From the human T2T-CHM13v2.0 reference genome, Homo sapiens, in contig CP068257.2 of the NCBI GenBank assembly GCA_009914755.4, forward strand, positions 34,304,001 to 34,368,000: DNA of 64,000 nt. The letters run 5' to 3'. Shown one piece after another: positions 43,688 through 57,526 of this stretch (the first letter of the stretch is position 1; every line of letters begins with the position of its first letter). The notes below the pieces were generated by a model that saw only the letters and a program-made list of their open reading frames with translations, was not told where the DNA came from and made no database searches. The position numbers and the translations under genes were made by a program.

Positions 43688-43896
43688 TTGCAATAAAAAA
43701 TTGTAGACTCTCACTCAGTTTTCAAATGTATTTGGTTGGTGCAAAAATAATTGCAATTTTGCCATTAAAAGTCATGGCCAAAACCACAATTACTTTTGCA
43801 TCAACCTAATAAGCCAGTTTGAAAACTTTACTTCAAGCCGGTTTTCAAACTGGCTTACATTTGAAAACTGAGTGAGAGTCCACAATTTTTTATTGC
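43688..43896. repeat. Near-perfect palindrome with arms of about 58 bp (one mismatch) and a 13-nt loop. A MADE1 MITE is inserted at a TA in the left arm.
   Basis: tgcaataaaaaattgtagactctcactcagttttcaaatg TA [MADE1] TA agccagtttgaaaac tttacttcaagcc ggttttcaaactggcttacatttgaaaactgagtgagagtccacaattttttattgca. Confidence 0.85.
43730..43808 (+). mobile_element. MADE1 (Hsmar1-derived 80-bp MITE) flanked by a TA target duplication
   Basis: tttggttggtgcaaaaataattgcaattttgccattaaaagtcatggccaaaaccacaattacttttgcatcaacctaa, compared with the MADE1 consensus ttaggttggtgcaaaagtaattgcggtttttgccattaaaagtaatggcaaaaaccgcaattacttttgcaccaacctaa. Confidence 0.85.
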
Positions 43897-44176
43897 AAGG
43901 GCTGATGTCAACCTTCTATTCTCCAGCTTTCTTTTTATTATTATTATACAATCTTAATAACATCCTAGTTAGCTGTCCTTCTGTCTCATGCCTAGGAACA
44001 CCAGGATCTCTTAACCATTGCTACAAATCTCTGAAGGTTGAGGCACCCTAAGTACTATTCTGCAGTGTTTCCAATTATAATCATTATGGCCACCTTGCCT
44101 CTGGTGGTTACGAGTTGCCTTCTAGTTTTATAATTCTGGAATCTCACTATCCCCATTGATATAAAGAAGTTCAGTT

Positions 44177-44466
44177 GCAGCCGGGTGCAGTGGCTCACTC
44201 CTGTAATCTCAGCACTTTGGGAGGCCGAGGCAGGAGGATTGCTTGAGGTCAGGAGTTCAAGACCAGCCTGGCCAACATGGTGAAACCCCATCTCTACTAA
44301 AAATACAAAAATTAGCCGGGCATGGTGGTGGGTGCCTATAATCTCAGCCAAGGCAGGAGAATTGCTTGAACCCAGGAGATGGATGTTACAGTGAGCCCAG
44401 ATTGCACCAATGCACTCCAGCCTGGGCAACAGAGTGAGACTCCTATTAAAAAAAAAAAAAAAGAAG
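44177..44466 (+). mobile_element. Alu SINE with 13-bp TSD aagaagttcagtt. Its A tail is followed by (AAG)n.
   Basis: Alu consensus match. Direct repeats at 44164-44176 and 44467-44479. Confidence 0.92.
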
Positions 44467-44811
44467 AAGAAGAAGTTCAGTTCGATGGAAGTGTCTACAC
44501 CCATAACCCCTGCCTACAGAAGACAGACACTAAGATTCTCAAAGATATTAGTGAGGCCTTCACTTGTGTACTCCTGCTGCATTCATAGCAAAAGTGTCTC
44601 CCAGTCTTTTTCAGGAAACACAGTGATGTGGCAGGTTCTCAGGATTCACATAGTAAATTCATTCTAACATTCCCAACTCCTTGAGCCTTAACCCCTTTCT
44701 CGACATAATGCCAAATATGCTCCAGCATCTCCACCTTATCAATTGCAGCCGTCATCCTATCTAAATGTCATGGAGCTGTCTCAAGAGACTATTAGGACCA
44801 GCTCCAGGTAA

Positions 44812-45183
44812 TCATGATGATCTAACACCCTCAAGATACGCTACTACAAGGTGTTTGCTAATTCGTGCCTGCCAGCTCCTGTAAGCCTTTGACACATAGA
44901 CTGTTTTCTCCTGCAGCAGGGATTGTACTTCCTCATTGAAGCTGTGCTCAGGCCTGACTCTGGTTGTTAGCCAGGACATAATGAGATATAGTGGGGACAG
45001 ATCTGGAGAAAAACAATGATCATTGTGTGGAGCACCTCCAGGTGAGGTCATAGTGTAATGCACTGGGAAGACGAGGCTGTTCTCTCCCCAGGTTGTTGGG
45101 AACAGCTTCGGCCAGCCAGGAAGCTTCAGGGAATTGGGGGCTACAATATTCTCAGCCTTGGCCATGCAAACATCACCATCCAA
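44812..45183 (-). pseudogene. Degenerate mariner-like (Tc1/mariner superfamily) transposase C-terminal fragment. It is probably part of an Hsmar-type element spanning roughly 44790-45750.
   Basis: The minus-strand translation PHNDHCFSPDLSPLYLIMSWLTTRVRPEHSFNEEVQSLLQEK ... SWQARISK parallels the Hsmar1 transposase LPHPPYSPDLSPTDYHFFKHLDNFLQGKRFHNQQDAENAF ... RWQKCV. The (Y/F)SPDLSP motif is the mariner third-D region. The frame is not conserved upstream and the ORF begins with a non-ATG codon. Confidence 0.45.
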
Positions 45184-45809
45184 GGTCTTGGTGGTCCACT
45201 CTCCTGTCAGGTCTTTACTTTGACACTGAGGCGGTGTTAAGGCTGTGCATTTTGCTTCTTTTGCATTTCTGCCACCCTTATAATCAGATCCCAGGTTTAA
45301 TAACCTTCTGTCCTGTGGGTTTTAGAGATGAGAACCTCCTCTAAAGTGACTACAGAAATACTCTGGCTTTCAGACAGGGCCTCCAGGTGGCAAATAGCTG
45401 CCCTGCACTTATTATTTTCTTTTTGCAAGGCTTCCAATGCCTTCAAAAGTTACCACCCACATCCAAGTCCTTAGGGTTATTATTGCTCCAAAATGCATCA
45501 AGTGCTCCAGTGTCTTGATAAGTCAGTACTTTGGCTTCCTCCTCTGCCTCATCCTAATTAGCTTCAGATAAAAGCTTTTGTAATTGTGATGCTACAGAAT
45601 GTCAGAGATTGTCACCACCCACTTGCTGCTACCAAAACCCATCAGAAGCTCTGCTTTCTGGGGCCAAGTTTCCCTGGACAGTAGAGCCTTGGGCACACGT
45701 TTACGTGCTAAGACTTCACTGACAAGTGCAATCCTGGGGAAGCAGGAGTATGAGGGAGACCAGTGAGGCAAGGAAGAGGAAGATCAAACACAAGGGCGTG
45801 GGTTACTGA

Positions 45810-46230
<421 letters not shown>

Positions 46231-46692
46231 TGAGATGGAGAAGGGAAAATAACTAATTAGCCAGTCCCTTCCTATCCATCACCTCCTGCTGGGCAAAGGT
46301 GGTGACAGGGGGTTTTAGTTTCTCCATGCTTTCTAGATGCATCCCCCGCCCTCTTCAGGTGAAGCTTCTTCTAGCCAATTCGTACTGCATGGAGAGCAAC
46401 TTGGCCTGTAGTACAGGCAGCAACAATGGCAGCAATGAATTGACTTTGTGACTGCAGGACCAGCACAAGCCATGGCTGGGGCCAAGCCAGCCAGTGGGTA
46501 AGAGAGGTGGGCAGCTCTGTGGTGATATAGAAACTGAGTCAGAGACAAGCCCTAAACTCAGGCCTCACATTTGAATATAAATAAGCTCATTTCAGCACAG
46601 GCGCAAGGTGCAGTGACTGGCAAAGTCATGTAAAGTCCTTTCTGATCCTTTGCAAACTTATGCCCTTAGTTTTTGGGGTTTGGATGGGTTGC

Positions 46693-47022
46693 TTTTTTGT
46701 TGTTTGTTTTTGTTTGTTTTTTTTTTGTATGTTTGTTTGTTTTTGTTGTTAGACACAAGGTCTCTCTCTGTCACCCAGGCTGGAGGGCAGTGGCACAATC
46801 ACAGCTCACTGCAGCCTTGAGCTCCTGGGCTCAAGTGATCCTCCCACCTCAGCCTCCCAAGTAGTTGAGACTATAGGCACATACAACCACACCCAGCTTA
46901 TTTTTTAATTTTCTTTTTTTTTTCTTTCTTTTGTAGAGACAGTATTTTGCTATGTTGCCCAGCTGATCTCAAACTTCTAGCCTCAAGCAAACCTCCTGCC
47001 TTGGCCTCCCAAAGCACTGGGA
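46693..47022 (-). mobile_element. Older Alu (AluJ-like, antisense) with a degenerate (TTTG)n poly-T leader. It lacks about 25 nt of the Alu 5' end.
   Basis: gacacaaggtctctctctgtcacccaggctggagggcagtggcacaatcacagctcactgcagccttgagctcctgggctcaagtgatcctcccacctcagcctcccaagtagttgagactatagg ... Confidence 0.85.
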
Positions 47023-47036
47023 GATTTTGTTTTTTA

Positions 47037-47189
<153 letters not shown>

Positions 47190-47488
47190 GGCAGGCGGTG
47201 GTGGCTCACACTTGTAATCCCAGCACTTTGGGAGGCCAAGGCCTGTAGATCACCCGAGGTCAGGAAATCAAGAACAGCCAGGCCAACATGATGAAACCCC
47301 GTCTCTACTAAAAATAACAAAAATTAGCCAGGTGTAGTGGCATGCACCTGTAATCCAAGCTACTCAGTTGGCTGAAGCAGAATCACTTGAACCTGGGGGG
47401 TGGAGGTTGCAGTGAGCTGAGATCACACCACTGCTCTCCAGCCTTGGTGACAAAGTGAGTGAGACTCCATTTCAAAAAATAAAAGTAA
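47190..47488 (+). mobile_element. Alu SINE, full length
   Basis: ggcaggcggtggtggctcacacttgtaatcccagcactttgggaggccaaggc ... Confidence 0.9.
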
Positions 47489-47896
47489 GAAACAAAGCTA
47501 CATCACAGCTAAAATGTTGACATTTCCTTAATGCATTAATTGAACCTGAGACATTAACCACAGATTTTCAGGGAATTATGCCTGTTCAACCAATAAAGCT
47601 GATGTAGAAAACCAGAATTGTTTTAAATGATGAATTCTATCCCATTGGGCACATTCTTTCAGCTCACTATTGCTATTCTGTCCTGTGGATTTTTGCTTAA
47701 TTAGCTAGACAAATTGCACAAATTCTGCAGTTCTATTTTTACTTTAACTATGGCCAAAGCTCCTTTTCAGTTTCTCATAGCTTTCTACCCTTCAGCTGCT
47801 AGACGTCCCCAGTTATAAGGCAACTCGAAGTGTGTGCAAGGGACAGAAGTTTGTATATCTGAAACTACAATTTGGTAAAACACAAGACAAAGGGGG

Positions 47897-47904
47897 GAGG
47901 AGAG

Positions 47905-47941
<37 letters not shown>
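47897..47941. repeat. (AG)n microsatellite
   Basis: Direct read. Confidence 0.95.
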
Positions 47942-47943
<2 letters not shown>

Positions 47944-49114
47944 TAAGAGTCCTATTTGCACTTACCATGAGCCAAATTGAATTTGGGGGACTTGAAATAT
48001 TTTAATTGTAAAATGTACTATATCGGGCTTCATTACAGATTATGCTCTTAAAGGTGCATTGAAATTGACCATATTGTATTTTATCTAAATTAAGAAAATT
48101 CTCTTTAAAGACCCTGCATTGAATCTTTTTCATGCTAAGTATCATTTTGTGATATGAATAATTGCAACTGATTTTATCTGTTGTATATATTCACATTTAT
48201 CCAGAAATCTTTCAGGAGGCTATCCCTGTATTTCACTTGTTTGGTTTAGGACTTAGTATCCAAAGCGTGCTTTGCTTTTATATTAAATGAATAGTACAGT
48301 GCAATACAAGTCAATACAGACCAAAAACAGGAGCAACAACAGAAATGTATTCAATGGTATGACAGTAACTTTTTCATGCCAACAAGGTCCTCCTTGTACC
48401 TCCTTTGTACCCATTTGTCCTGGGTACAAGGTACACAAGACAACGCACGGTCGCTATATTTTTCTGGTTTTGCATTCAGTAAACCAACATTCATGTGGCA
48501 TTTGAATACCAAGACAGGGCAAAGTTTAGACAGTCACCTTTCATTTTCATCTTTCATTATAATGAGACTTGACGTAACCAGCTGTCTTTGAAGTGCATGT
48601 CACGAACATGCCCATTTAACTCCCTGCTCTGCCAAAGGCCTACGGAGGAGCAAGACTGATTGTCTTGATGTACACAGAGCCAGCACAGTGTTCATCTATA
48701 ATATGACTATGGAGAAGGGAGAGACTTTTAATAAAAATATCCTGTATTCCAACATGAATCTTTCAGACTGGATGAGAAAGGATTTCTTAGACACCCAAGC
48801 TATTAACACTTGGTGGCCAGTCACGGAGTACACTGCCAGGCACACAAAAGGCTCCCTCAAAACCATGCATTGCTTTAGGTCCTTAACTACTTTCCAATTT
48901 ATTCATTTTCTGCAGTACAGTAGGAAAGAAACTTGCATAGATGAGAACCACATAGGAAAACACGCTAGGGATATGACTTTATTTTTTAATTTTTTAACTT
49001 AAATCTTATTTTTTAATTAATTATTAAACTATTGATTATTTTTTAATTTTACAAACTACAGCCAATTGTATAAAAATAATTTGTTCAATAATTCATTTTT
49101 TCTCCACTGATTTA

Positions 49115-49443
<329 letters not shown>

Positions 49444-49977
49444 AAATGCCTCCTTTATTACATGCCAGTTTCCCATATATAATCCTCATACAGTTGAACA
49501 CCTTAAGAGCAAAGACTGAGATTTCCCAAAGAAGCAGCAATTCTGCCTCAAGATACAGAAACCCTGCCCAAGTTTCCAGCCTGCCTGGCCTGGCCTGCAG
49601 AATTCAGAATCAAGACTGCAATGTCAATTCTTTATTTTATTCTATTTGTCTCTTGGTCTATTCCTACACCAGCATCTCTCTCTTTTAATTAGTGAAACTC
49701 CATTGTTCCTGTTCACCTCAAGGAAAGTGAAAATCTCTCCATTATTCTTTTTCAAAGTTTCTTGCCTTTTCTACTGCCTTTGCTTTTTAGTTTAGAATAA
49801 AATCTGCAACAGTATCATCATCCACATTCAGCCTCAAAGGAAGTTCCTTCCCTTCTTCCTTTACCCAACGTATACTAATTAAGCATCTACTGTGTGGGGG
49901 CTACTGTGCCCAGGGGCTGCTCTCACAGTGATCCCAAGTGTCACACAGCCACAGTCTAATAGACTACAGACTAGTTA

Positions 49978-50352
<375 letters not shown>

Positions 50353-50825
50353 TCAAAGGAAGGACTGTGTCCAGATTTAGAGGTTCAGGAAAGATTTCCT
50401 TAAGAAGTGAGAGCTAAGCCTCCACATAGCAAAGGAGTTGGCCAGAAAATCAGAAAGGGGAGAATATTTCAGGCAGGCAGAAGGTAGTAGGTAAGAGAAG
50501 GTAAACTCAGCCAAGAGACTCAATGGAAAATGTCCAATGCGACTGGAAGGTAGAGGCCAAGGCCAGAGGCCTACAAGCTGTATTAGGGAGCCTGTATTCT
50601 TTCCAAAAGCAATGAGCTGCCTTAGAAAGGGTGCTGAGCAGAAGAGAGTAAGGAAAATGTGTCAGGATATCTAATAGTCATTGACTACCCAAATGTTCCC
50701 CCACCCTTCCCAGCACAGTTTTGCTCTGTGGTGAGGCAGTGCTGTGTGAGTAGCTCTGGCCAAGGAACAGTGAGTAGAAGTGATCTGTGACATTTCCATG
50801 CTAAGGCTTGTAAAAACTGTTACTT

Positions 50826-50986
50826 GACCAGGCACAGTGGCTCACGCCTGTAATCCCAACACTTTTGAAGGACTAGGTGGGAGAATCACTTGAGGCCAGG
50901 AGTTCGAGACTGCAGTGAACTATCATTGTGCCACTGCACTCCACCCTGGGTGACAGAGAGCCTGTCCTCCAAAAATAAAAAATAAG
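50826..50986 (+). mobile_element. Alu with an internal deletion of about 140 bp. The left monomer joins directly to the 3' end of the right monomer.
   Basis: gaccaggcacagtggctcacgcctgtaatcccaacacttttgaaggactaggtgggagaatcacttgaggccaggagttcgagac | tgcagtgaactatcattgtgccactgcactccaccctgggtgacagagag. Confidence 0.8.
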
Positions 50987-53646
50987 TAAATTTAAAGCTG
51001 GTCCTTGACCTTCCACACTGGCTGCCACAGCAATCTGGAAGCCATGTGCTGAGATGGTGGCCTCCATGCATAGAAGCAGGATTCCCATGTCACCACATGG
51101 ACAGCTGCCCTGGAGGCTCACCCAACCCACACTGGACTTTTCATGAGCCAAAAATAAATCTTTCTCATGTAAGCCATTGAGGTATCAAGGTTTATTTACT
51201 GCAACAGGAGCAAACTGACTAATAAAGTTTGCAAACATGATCCAGTGATTGGGATCAAAGTTTCCAAAGCTCTATGACAACATTAAAAATCCTTGTCATC
51301 TCTAGCAAAAAAAAATGTCTTCCTCCTTTTGAAAGAAGGGACTAAGATAAACTCATGTCACTGCTTTGCCTTTTCAGGGGTTTACAACTACTTTATTGAT
51401 GAGCACATTGCTCTGCTGAGCAGATGTGAGATTCCTCCTGCTTAGAGAACTGTAAGTAATCTATTATATTCCTCTCTTTCTTTTTCCTTCTTCATGGTTC
51501 CACCTTCCTTGATGATGTATGTGCCTCTTTGTTCTTTCAGGCCTGGCCCTTCTCCCATCCGTCTTCAGCAGTGAGATGGTCCTGGTGGTAACTCAAAGGT
51601 GGCCATGCAGCAACTACAGCCACAAACATTGTCTTCACGCCCAGCCCTGCTGCCCCCTCCCAGGGCAGGAGAGTCTCCTAACACTGCTGCTCCTGCAGGT
51701 GGAGGAACCCGAGATCAAGCCTTGCCTGGTCTCTTATGCTTTGCCTGAACTTGGATACATTCCCTGACTTCTCTGCGACTTAGTTTCTTCTTCTGCAAAA
51801 TGAGGATGATAATGCTTACTTGAGGGTCCTATGGAGATTTATAGGGAGTAACAAATGTAAAGTTCCCAGCTCAGTGTCCAGCATAGGATAGGAATCTCCT
51901 AAATCTGTTTTCCTTTTTCTCTTGCCCTTTCTTCTGAGGAAGAAGCTGAACCTCTCAGATCTTCATAGTTTAATTCCACATCTATCTATCTAGGCCTTTT
52001 GATGGGTACAACTCCATGCTTGAGTGTAGAGGATGCAAAAGATGGAACAATCTAGCTGGGGAGGCAATAGGTACTCATGGGGAAAGGTTAACAGGCTTAT
52101 TAATTAAATGTGTAAATGCCCAAGTGTTTAATATAGACCACAAGTACTTAAGAAGTTCAAAGAAAGAAGAGACACACCTGGGCTCCTGGGATTCAGGCTA
52201 AGGATTCAGCACAGGGAAATGGGAAGATAGAGGCCCTTCCCACCTTCCTTCCCAAGGCTAAGTCTCCCCACTGCTGAGTTGGCCACTCTTTCTAATCCAA
52301 GATGGTCATCAAATTAACAATGAGGGAGATGGAGAGAGATTTTCTCACCAGCTCAGTCCACTCAAACCAGATACGTCCACAGGTACTATCTGATGATTCA
52401 GAAAAGTATAACAAGTATACTTTTGAATGAATTGGCCCACCAAGCACATGCTCTTGGAAGGCCTGCTCAAGGGTAGATGTACTGGTTGTACTTCACATTG
52501 CAGGTTGGGACTTTGCCTGGCACAATTTGCTCAGGTAGACCCTAACATCTGCACCAGTCATACAAAGAGGATTCCCAAAATAAAATAAGAGATTCCCATT
52601 GCTCTGTAAATATTGCACACAAATGCCCTCAAACTCCTAATTCTGGCGGCATTAGCTCCTTATTGATAATAACACCTTCAGCTGGTTGAACTGTTTACGT
52701 GGCTATGACCAGCACGTATAATTTTTGTCAAAAATCTAACAAAGCTCCAGCCACCATTCCCAAAGGAGAACATGGATTTTTGTGTGATCCTATCATATTA
52801 AAATTGCAAAACTATGCAAACTACGTAATATATCCACTTACCTAAGATTCTAACATCAAATACTGCAAAGGCCTTGATCAAAGCAGAACAGGTCAATAGT
52901 GACAGGTCAGATATTTTGTTTCTGCTTCTTTCCAACTCCTCAGGTACATGGAAATTTGGGGGACTAGAAGGCTCAAATTCAGATTTTAAGGTAGGCAGGA
53001 CCCAATAGCTGCTAAAAAACTAACAAGTTCTTAAGAGAGACTGGTTAATAGATGTATAGTGTTGTAAACAAAGGTGGACAACAATCCCACAGTTCTTTCT
53101 CCATATATGAACAACATATGGACCCCACATGTTCAGACCTGGAAGGTGGCCGAGTAGTGATAAGTGTTCTTCTTTAGCATCAGAAAGCAGTGAGGACGGT
53201 CAGGAGACAGCGAGACAGAGAAAACACTAGTGTCATCCTTAAATGTTGTAAGAGCTGTAGTGTGAAGAGAACTAGGCTTTCCCTATAGTTCCGAAGAGCA
53301 GCACTGAGACCAACAGATAAAAGTTACCAGAAGACAAATTTCACCTACATGTGAGGGAGACCTTTCAAGTAATTAAAGCCATTCAAAAACTGGAAGAGCC
53401 ACAAGAGGTGATGAGCATCCTGTCACTGACAAATTCCTACAAAGGCTGCCTTTCACTTTCTTGGCTGCATGGAAATTCAGGGGATCATGAGATTCTTCAG
53501 GCTTCGAAGTCAGGTTTTGTAGAGAATTTCCACATGGACAGAGAAGTTAGGTTGGGTGTCCTCAAATGACTGCCCATAAGCTAACCGAAAATTCTTACTT
53601 CCTCTGATAATATTTTCTTCCAATACAAAGGCTAAGAATTTCCTGC

Positions 53647-53787
53647 ATGCAGGGCTTAATACCTAGGTGATGGCTTGATAGGTGCAGCAAATCACTGTGG
53701 CACACGTTTACCTATGTAGCAAACCTGCATGTCCTGCACATGTATCCTGGAACTTAAAATAAAATGAAATAAAAATTTTTAAAAAAG
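53647..53787 (+). mobile_element. Severely 5'-truncated L1 insertion (about 140 bp of 3'UTR plus A tail) with 13-bp TSD aagaatttcctgc
   Basis: gcagggcttaatacctaggtgatggcttgataggtgcagcaaatcactgtggcacacgtttacctatgtagcaaacctgcatgtcctgcacatgtatcctggaacttaaaataaaatg matches the L1 3' terminus. Direct repeats at 53634-53646 and 53786-53798. Confidence 0.85.
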
Positions 53788-54255
53788 AATTTCCTGCTTC
53801 AGATTATCAGTGAGCACCCTAATCACATCATTATCGTTTCTAGTCTTTTTCCCAACGGACAGGTCCGGTGCTCAATGGCATTTGTGTGATTCTTTCCCCA
53901 CCCCATCCCACAGTCACACCGGCACTCATGCTAAAAGCTGTCCACTATAAACCCCATCATTTATAATGCAAAAAGGGAATCATTGATTTTGCGCTGATGA
54001 GTCACCATAATGCTTTTCTCTTATATGTACTTAATCGCTGTGGTTTCTCCGAGGATGGAAAGCTTTCCTTTCTGTGGGAGGATCTAAATAGCTCTCTAAA
54101 CAGACACCAGCTGGGCAAACAGTGCAGAGAATTTCGGCACAATGTGATAAGAGCAGCCGCACCCGCAACCCAGGTCGCTTCTCAGTACAGCAGCCAAATT
54201 AGAAATAGCTACTGAGCAGATCCTTTTGATCTAACCGTAGGATGCATCCATTTCT

Positions 54256-54571
<316 letters not shown>

Positions 54572-55040
54572 GCAAGGATGCATCCATCTCTTAAGAGAAT
54601 GCTACATCCAGTTTCACGGTTAGTCGCCAAACCTGAAAATTATCCATGTATCATGGAATCAGAATGTGTCTCTCCCAGGATGGGAACTGGACAGAGCTGG
54701 TACAGCACCCAGGCAAGGAGGAAATGATAAAACATCAGCCATGGGATGGGGGTAATGAAATGCTTCCCTTTAGTCCTCATTTCGGCGGCAGCCTTTCCCA
54801 TCCTGCCCGGCATCTTCATGCTGTGCTAATCTTTGTACAGGGGTAAGGCCTTCCGTGTTTATTTCTTCCTTTTGTCCAGAAGGAAGCCACAGTAGTTTGC
54901 AATCTTAAACAGGAAACACAGAACTCAGAATCCAAGAAAGCATACTTTGCCTCTCTCTCTCAAGAAGTCTCAGCAACTATTGAACAAGCTGTGCCCATCC
55001 AACATTACATACTTGTTTGAGGCAGAATGAGATAGAATGA

Positions 55041-55069
55041 AAATAATGAATGAATGAATGAATGAATGA
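55041..55069. repeat. (AATG)n microsatellite
   Basis: Direct read. Confidence 0.95.
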
Positions 55070-56913
55070 CTCCTGTAAGATTGCAGACTGTTGATAGCCA
55101 GGTAGAAATCATCCCTTTAGGAATGTTCTAGCATGTGCATGGGCGTAGATGTGAGAAGAATCACAGCCTCCTCATGTGAAACAAGGGCTGGCCAGGGGTC
55201 TTTTTTAGAGGTTCCTCGGGGCTGGAGTTAGGACAAGTATTTCCAGCTCAATGCACCATGGGAAACTGAAGCTAAAGGAAGAGACAGAGCAAATAAGGTC
55301 TTTAACGCCAAGGCCACCTAGCATGTGACTGTGAGGACAGTCACCCTCCAAGGCAGGTCACATGAACTTAGAGCCCACCTTTTTAAGGGCAAGACTGTTT
55401 GGCTTCTTGCTCTGGTGGAGGAATGAAGCCAAGTCTTTAATTTGCATTTCCCAATTGAGTGGAATCAATCTCTTTTGTATCCTGAAATACTGTGATTGCC
55501 TTGATTGGGTAGTATCTTTACATGCTGAATTCCAAACCGCCAGCTACAGACACACATTCTTTATTTGCACCTTGTCTTTATATAGCCTGGGACACACTCA
55601 GAGGAGGGTGAGCCACATTCTGAAAGGGCTCACAGCGTACCTGGTTTTGCCCACATTAGTGAAGCAAATGGGTCCACCCAGTTGGGTCCACCCAGTCCAA
55701 GTCTCAATGTTGAGCCTTGACCAGAGGTTAAATACAGGATGTGGTGAAAACAGCTGAACCATTAAACCCCCTAGGAACTGAAAACCACATTATATGTGTT
55801 ATTTGTTCTCCTAGGAATTGACGTGGGTATCCAAATCTAAGAAGTATGTTTAGCAAGATACTGATATCAACAAAGGGATGAGGCCCAGGGCATTGTTGGG
55901 GCAACAAAAAGCTCCCCTTCCTTCTTTCTAGAAAAGAGGAAAGGAGTCATGCTGGGTGCAGGGTTCTGGGGAGGAAGGGAGGGAGGCAAGCAGGGATTTG
56001 TTCTTGGAACAGAAAAGCACAAGCAAGCAGAGTGGGCATCCGCCTCAATGCATGGCACTGACCATCCTGCAGACACAGGTGCTGAAGGAGCCTCAGAACG
56101 CAGCTGGCATCATAGGTAGCACTCACAGGCCCATGCAGCCTCCCCAAGCCTGCTTCCCCATGTCCCTTCATGCCCTGCCCACTTTCCTAACCTTGTCCCC
56201 CAGGAGTTTCCACCAAGAGGAGGAGCAGCTGAGCTCACAGTACCTGGAGTTCTGTTGCACACACAGCTGTGCAGGCCCTGCATCACCCTCGGGCCAGGAC
56301 AACACTGGGGCTACATTCACCCAGCTCCACCACCTCCAGTTGCCCCATGCTGAGAAATGGCTTCAAGGAGCAGCCCCATCCTGTGGCCTGGATTTCTCTA
56401 GGTGGGCTCAACTCACCCTCTTCCATTTGTCCTGCTCGTTTCTGCAGAGGCTACGCTGATATGTCACTTTCTTTTTTTCAGGGACCTCAGTCTTGGCCTC
56501 TCCTTTTGAACTGCTCAAGGTCCCCTTACATGTGTTCTTCATTGAGGCTTTTTTGGCAGAGGTTTGCTTCCCCAGAGATTAATAAATGCCCACAGCACAC
56601 TTTGCTGAGGAAGCTGGGTGACACTAGGAGAGCTCTCTGTGTCTCTCTACCCTCCATGTTCTCTAGCAACCACATTCTCCATAGCAGTCTGTGCTCTGAA
56701 AGTTACAGGAGAGGACTCGCTGGGAAAAACCATTTTTCCAACTGGACTCCAAGTTGGAAACTGTCAAGTGGAAACATAAATACAATGAAAGGCTCAGGAA
56801 GAAAACGCAACAATAAATCTCAAGAAGCAGAGAATAGAATGGTGCATGTCAGGGGCTGTGGAGGGGGGAAAAGGGGAGCTTTTCAGTGGGTATAAAGTTT
56901 CAGTTATGCAAGA

Positions 56914-57274
56914 TGATATGGTTTGGCTGTGTCTCCACCCAAATCTCATCGAACTGTACTCCCATAATTCCCACATGTTGTGGGAGGGACCTGATGGAGA
57001 TAATTGAATCACAGGGGCAGTTTCTCCCATACTGTTCTCATGGTAGTAAATAAGTTTCACGAGATCTGATGGTTTGATAAGGGGAAACTCCTTTCGCTTG
57101 GCTCTCATTCTCTCTCTTGCCGCCACCATGTAAGAAGTGCCTTTTGCCTTCCGCCACGATCTTGAGGTCTCCCTAGCCACGTGGAACTGTGAGTTCATTA
57201 AACCTCTTTCTTTTGTAAATTACCCAGTCTTGGGTATGTCTTTATCAGCAGCATGAAAATGAACCAATACACAA
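56914..57274 (+). mobile_element. THE1-like (ERVL-MaLR) solo LTR, about 360 bp
   Basis: tgatatggtttggctgtgtctccacccaaatctcatcgaactgtactcccataattcccacatgttgtgggagggacc ... ccacgtggaactgtgagttcattaaacctctttcttttgtaaattacccagtcttgggtatgtctttatcagcagcatgaaaatgaaccaatacacaag matches the remembered THE1 consensus. Confidence 0.65.
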
Positions 57275-57526
57275 GATGAATGAGTTCTAGAGATCTGTTG
57301 CACAATGTCATGCCTATAGTTTACACAGTATCGTACACGTAAGAATGTGTTAAGAGGGCAGATCTCATGTTAAACATTTTTACCACAAAAAAATAAACAT
57401 ATGATAAAATTAAGAACACAAGGAAACTTTTGGAGAGGATATGTTCATTACCTTGATTGTTGGGATAGTATCCTGGGTATAAGCCTATGTCAAATTCACC
57501 AAATCGTATACATCGAACATGTGCAG

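Noticed and set aside
44055-44504. 149-aa minus-strand ORF, plus the similar ORFs at 14903-15277, 45853-46233, 49975-50313, 7379-7675, 36341-36715, 59389-59676 and 50873-51151
   Set aside because: All lie inside Alu elements. Their peptides carry the classic Alu-derived motifs such as [10 protein letters not shown] and [15 protein letters not shown]. They are not genes.
55956-56895. Overlapping + strand ORFs 55956-56459 (167 aa) and 56269-56895 (208 aa) in a non-repeat, C-rich stretch
   Set aside because: I recognise no protein domain or family. Two frames are open over the same DNA. There is no CpG island or promoter-like context, and the region runs straight into a THE1 LTR. The most likely explanation is chance ORFs in C-rich, stop-poor sequence. 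A tblastn/blastp check would settle it.
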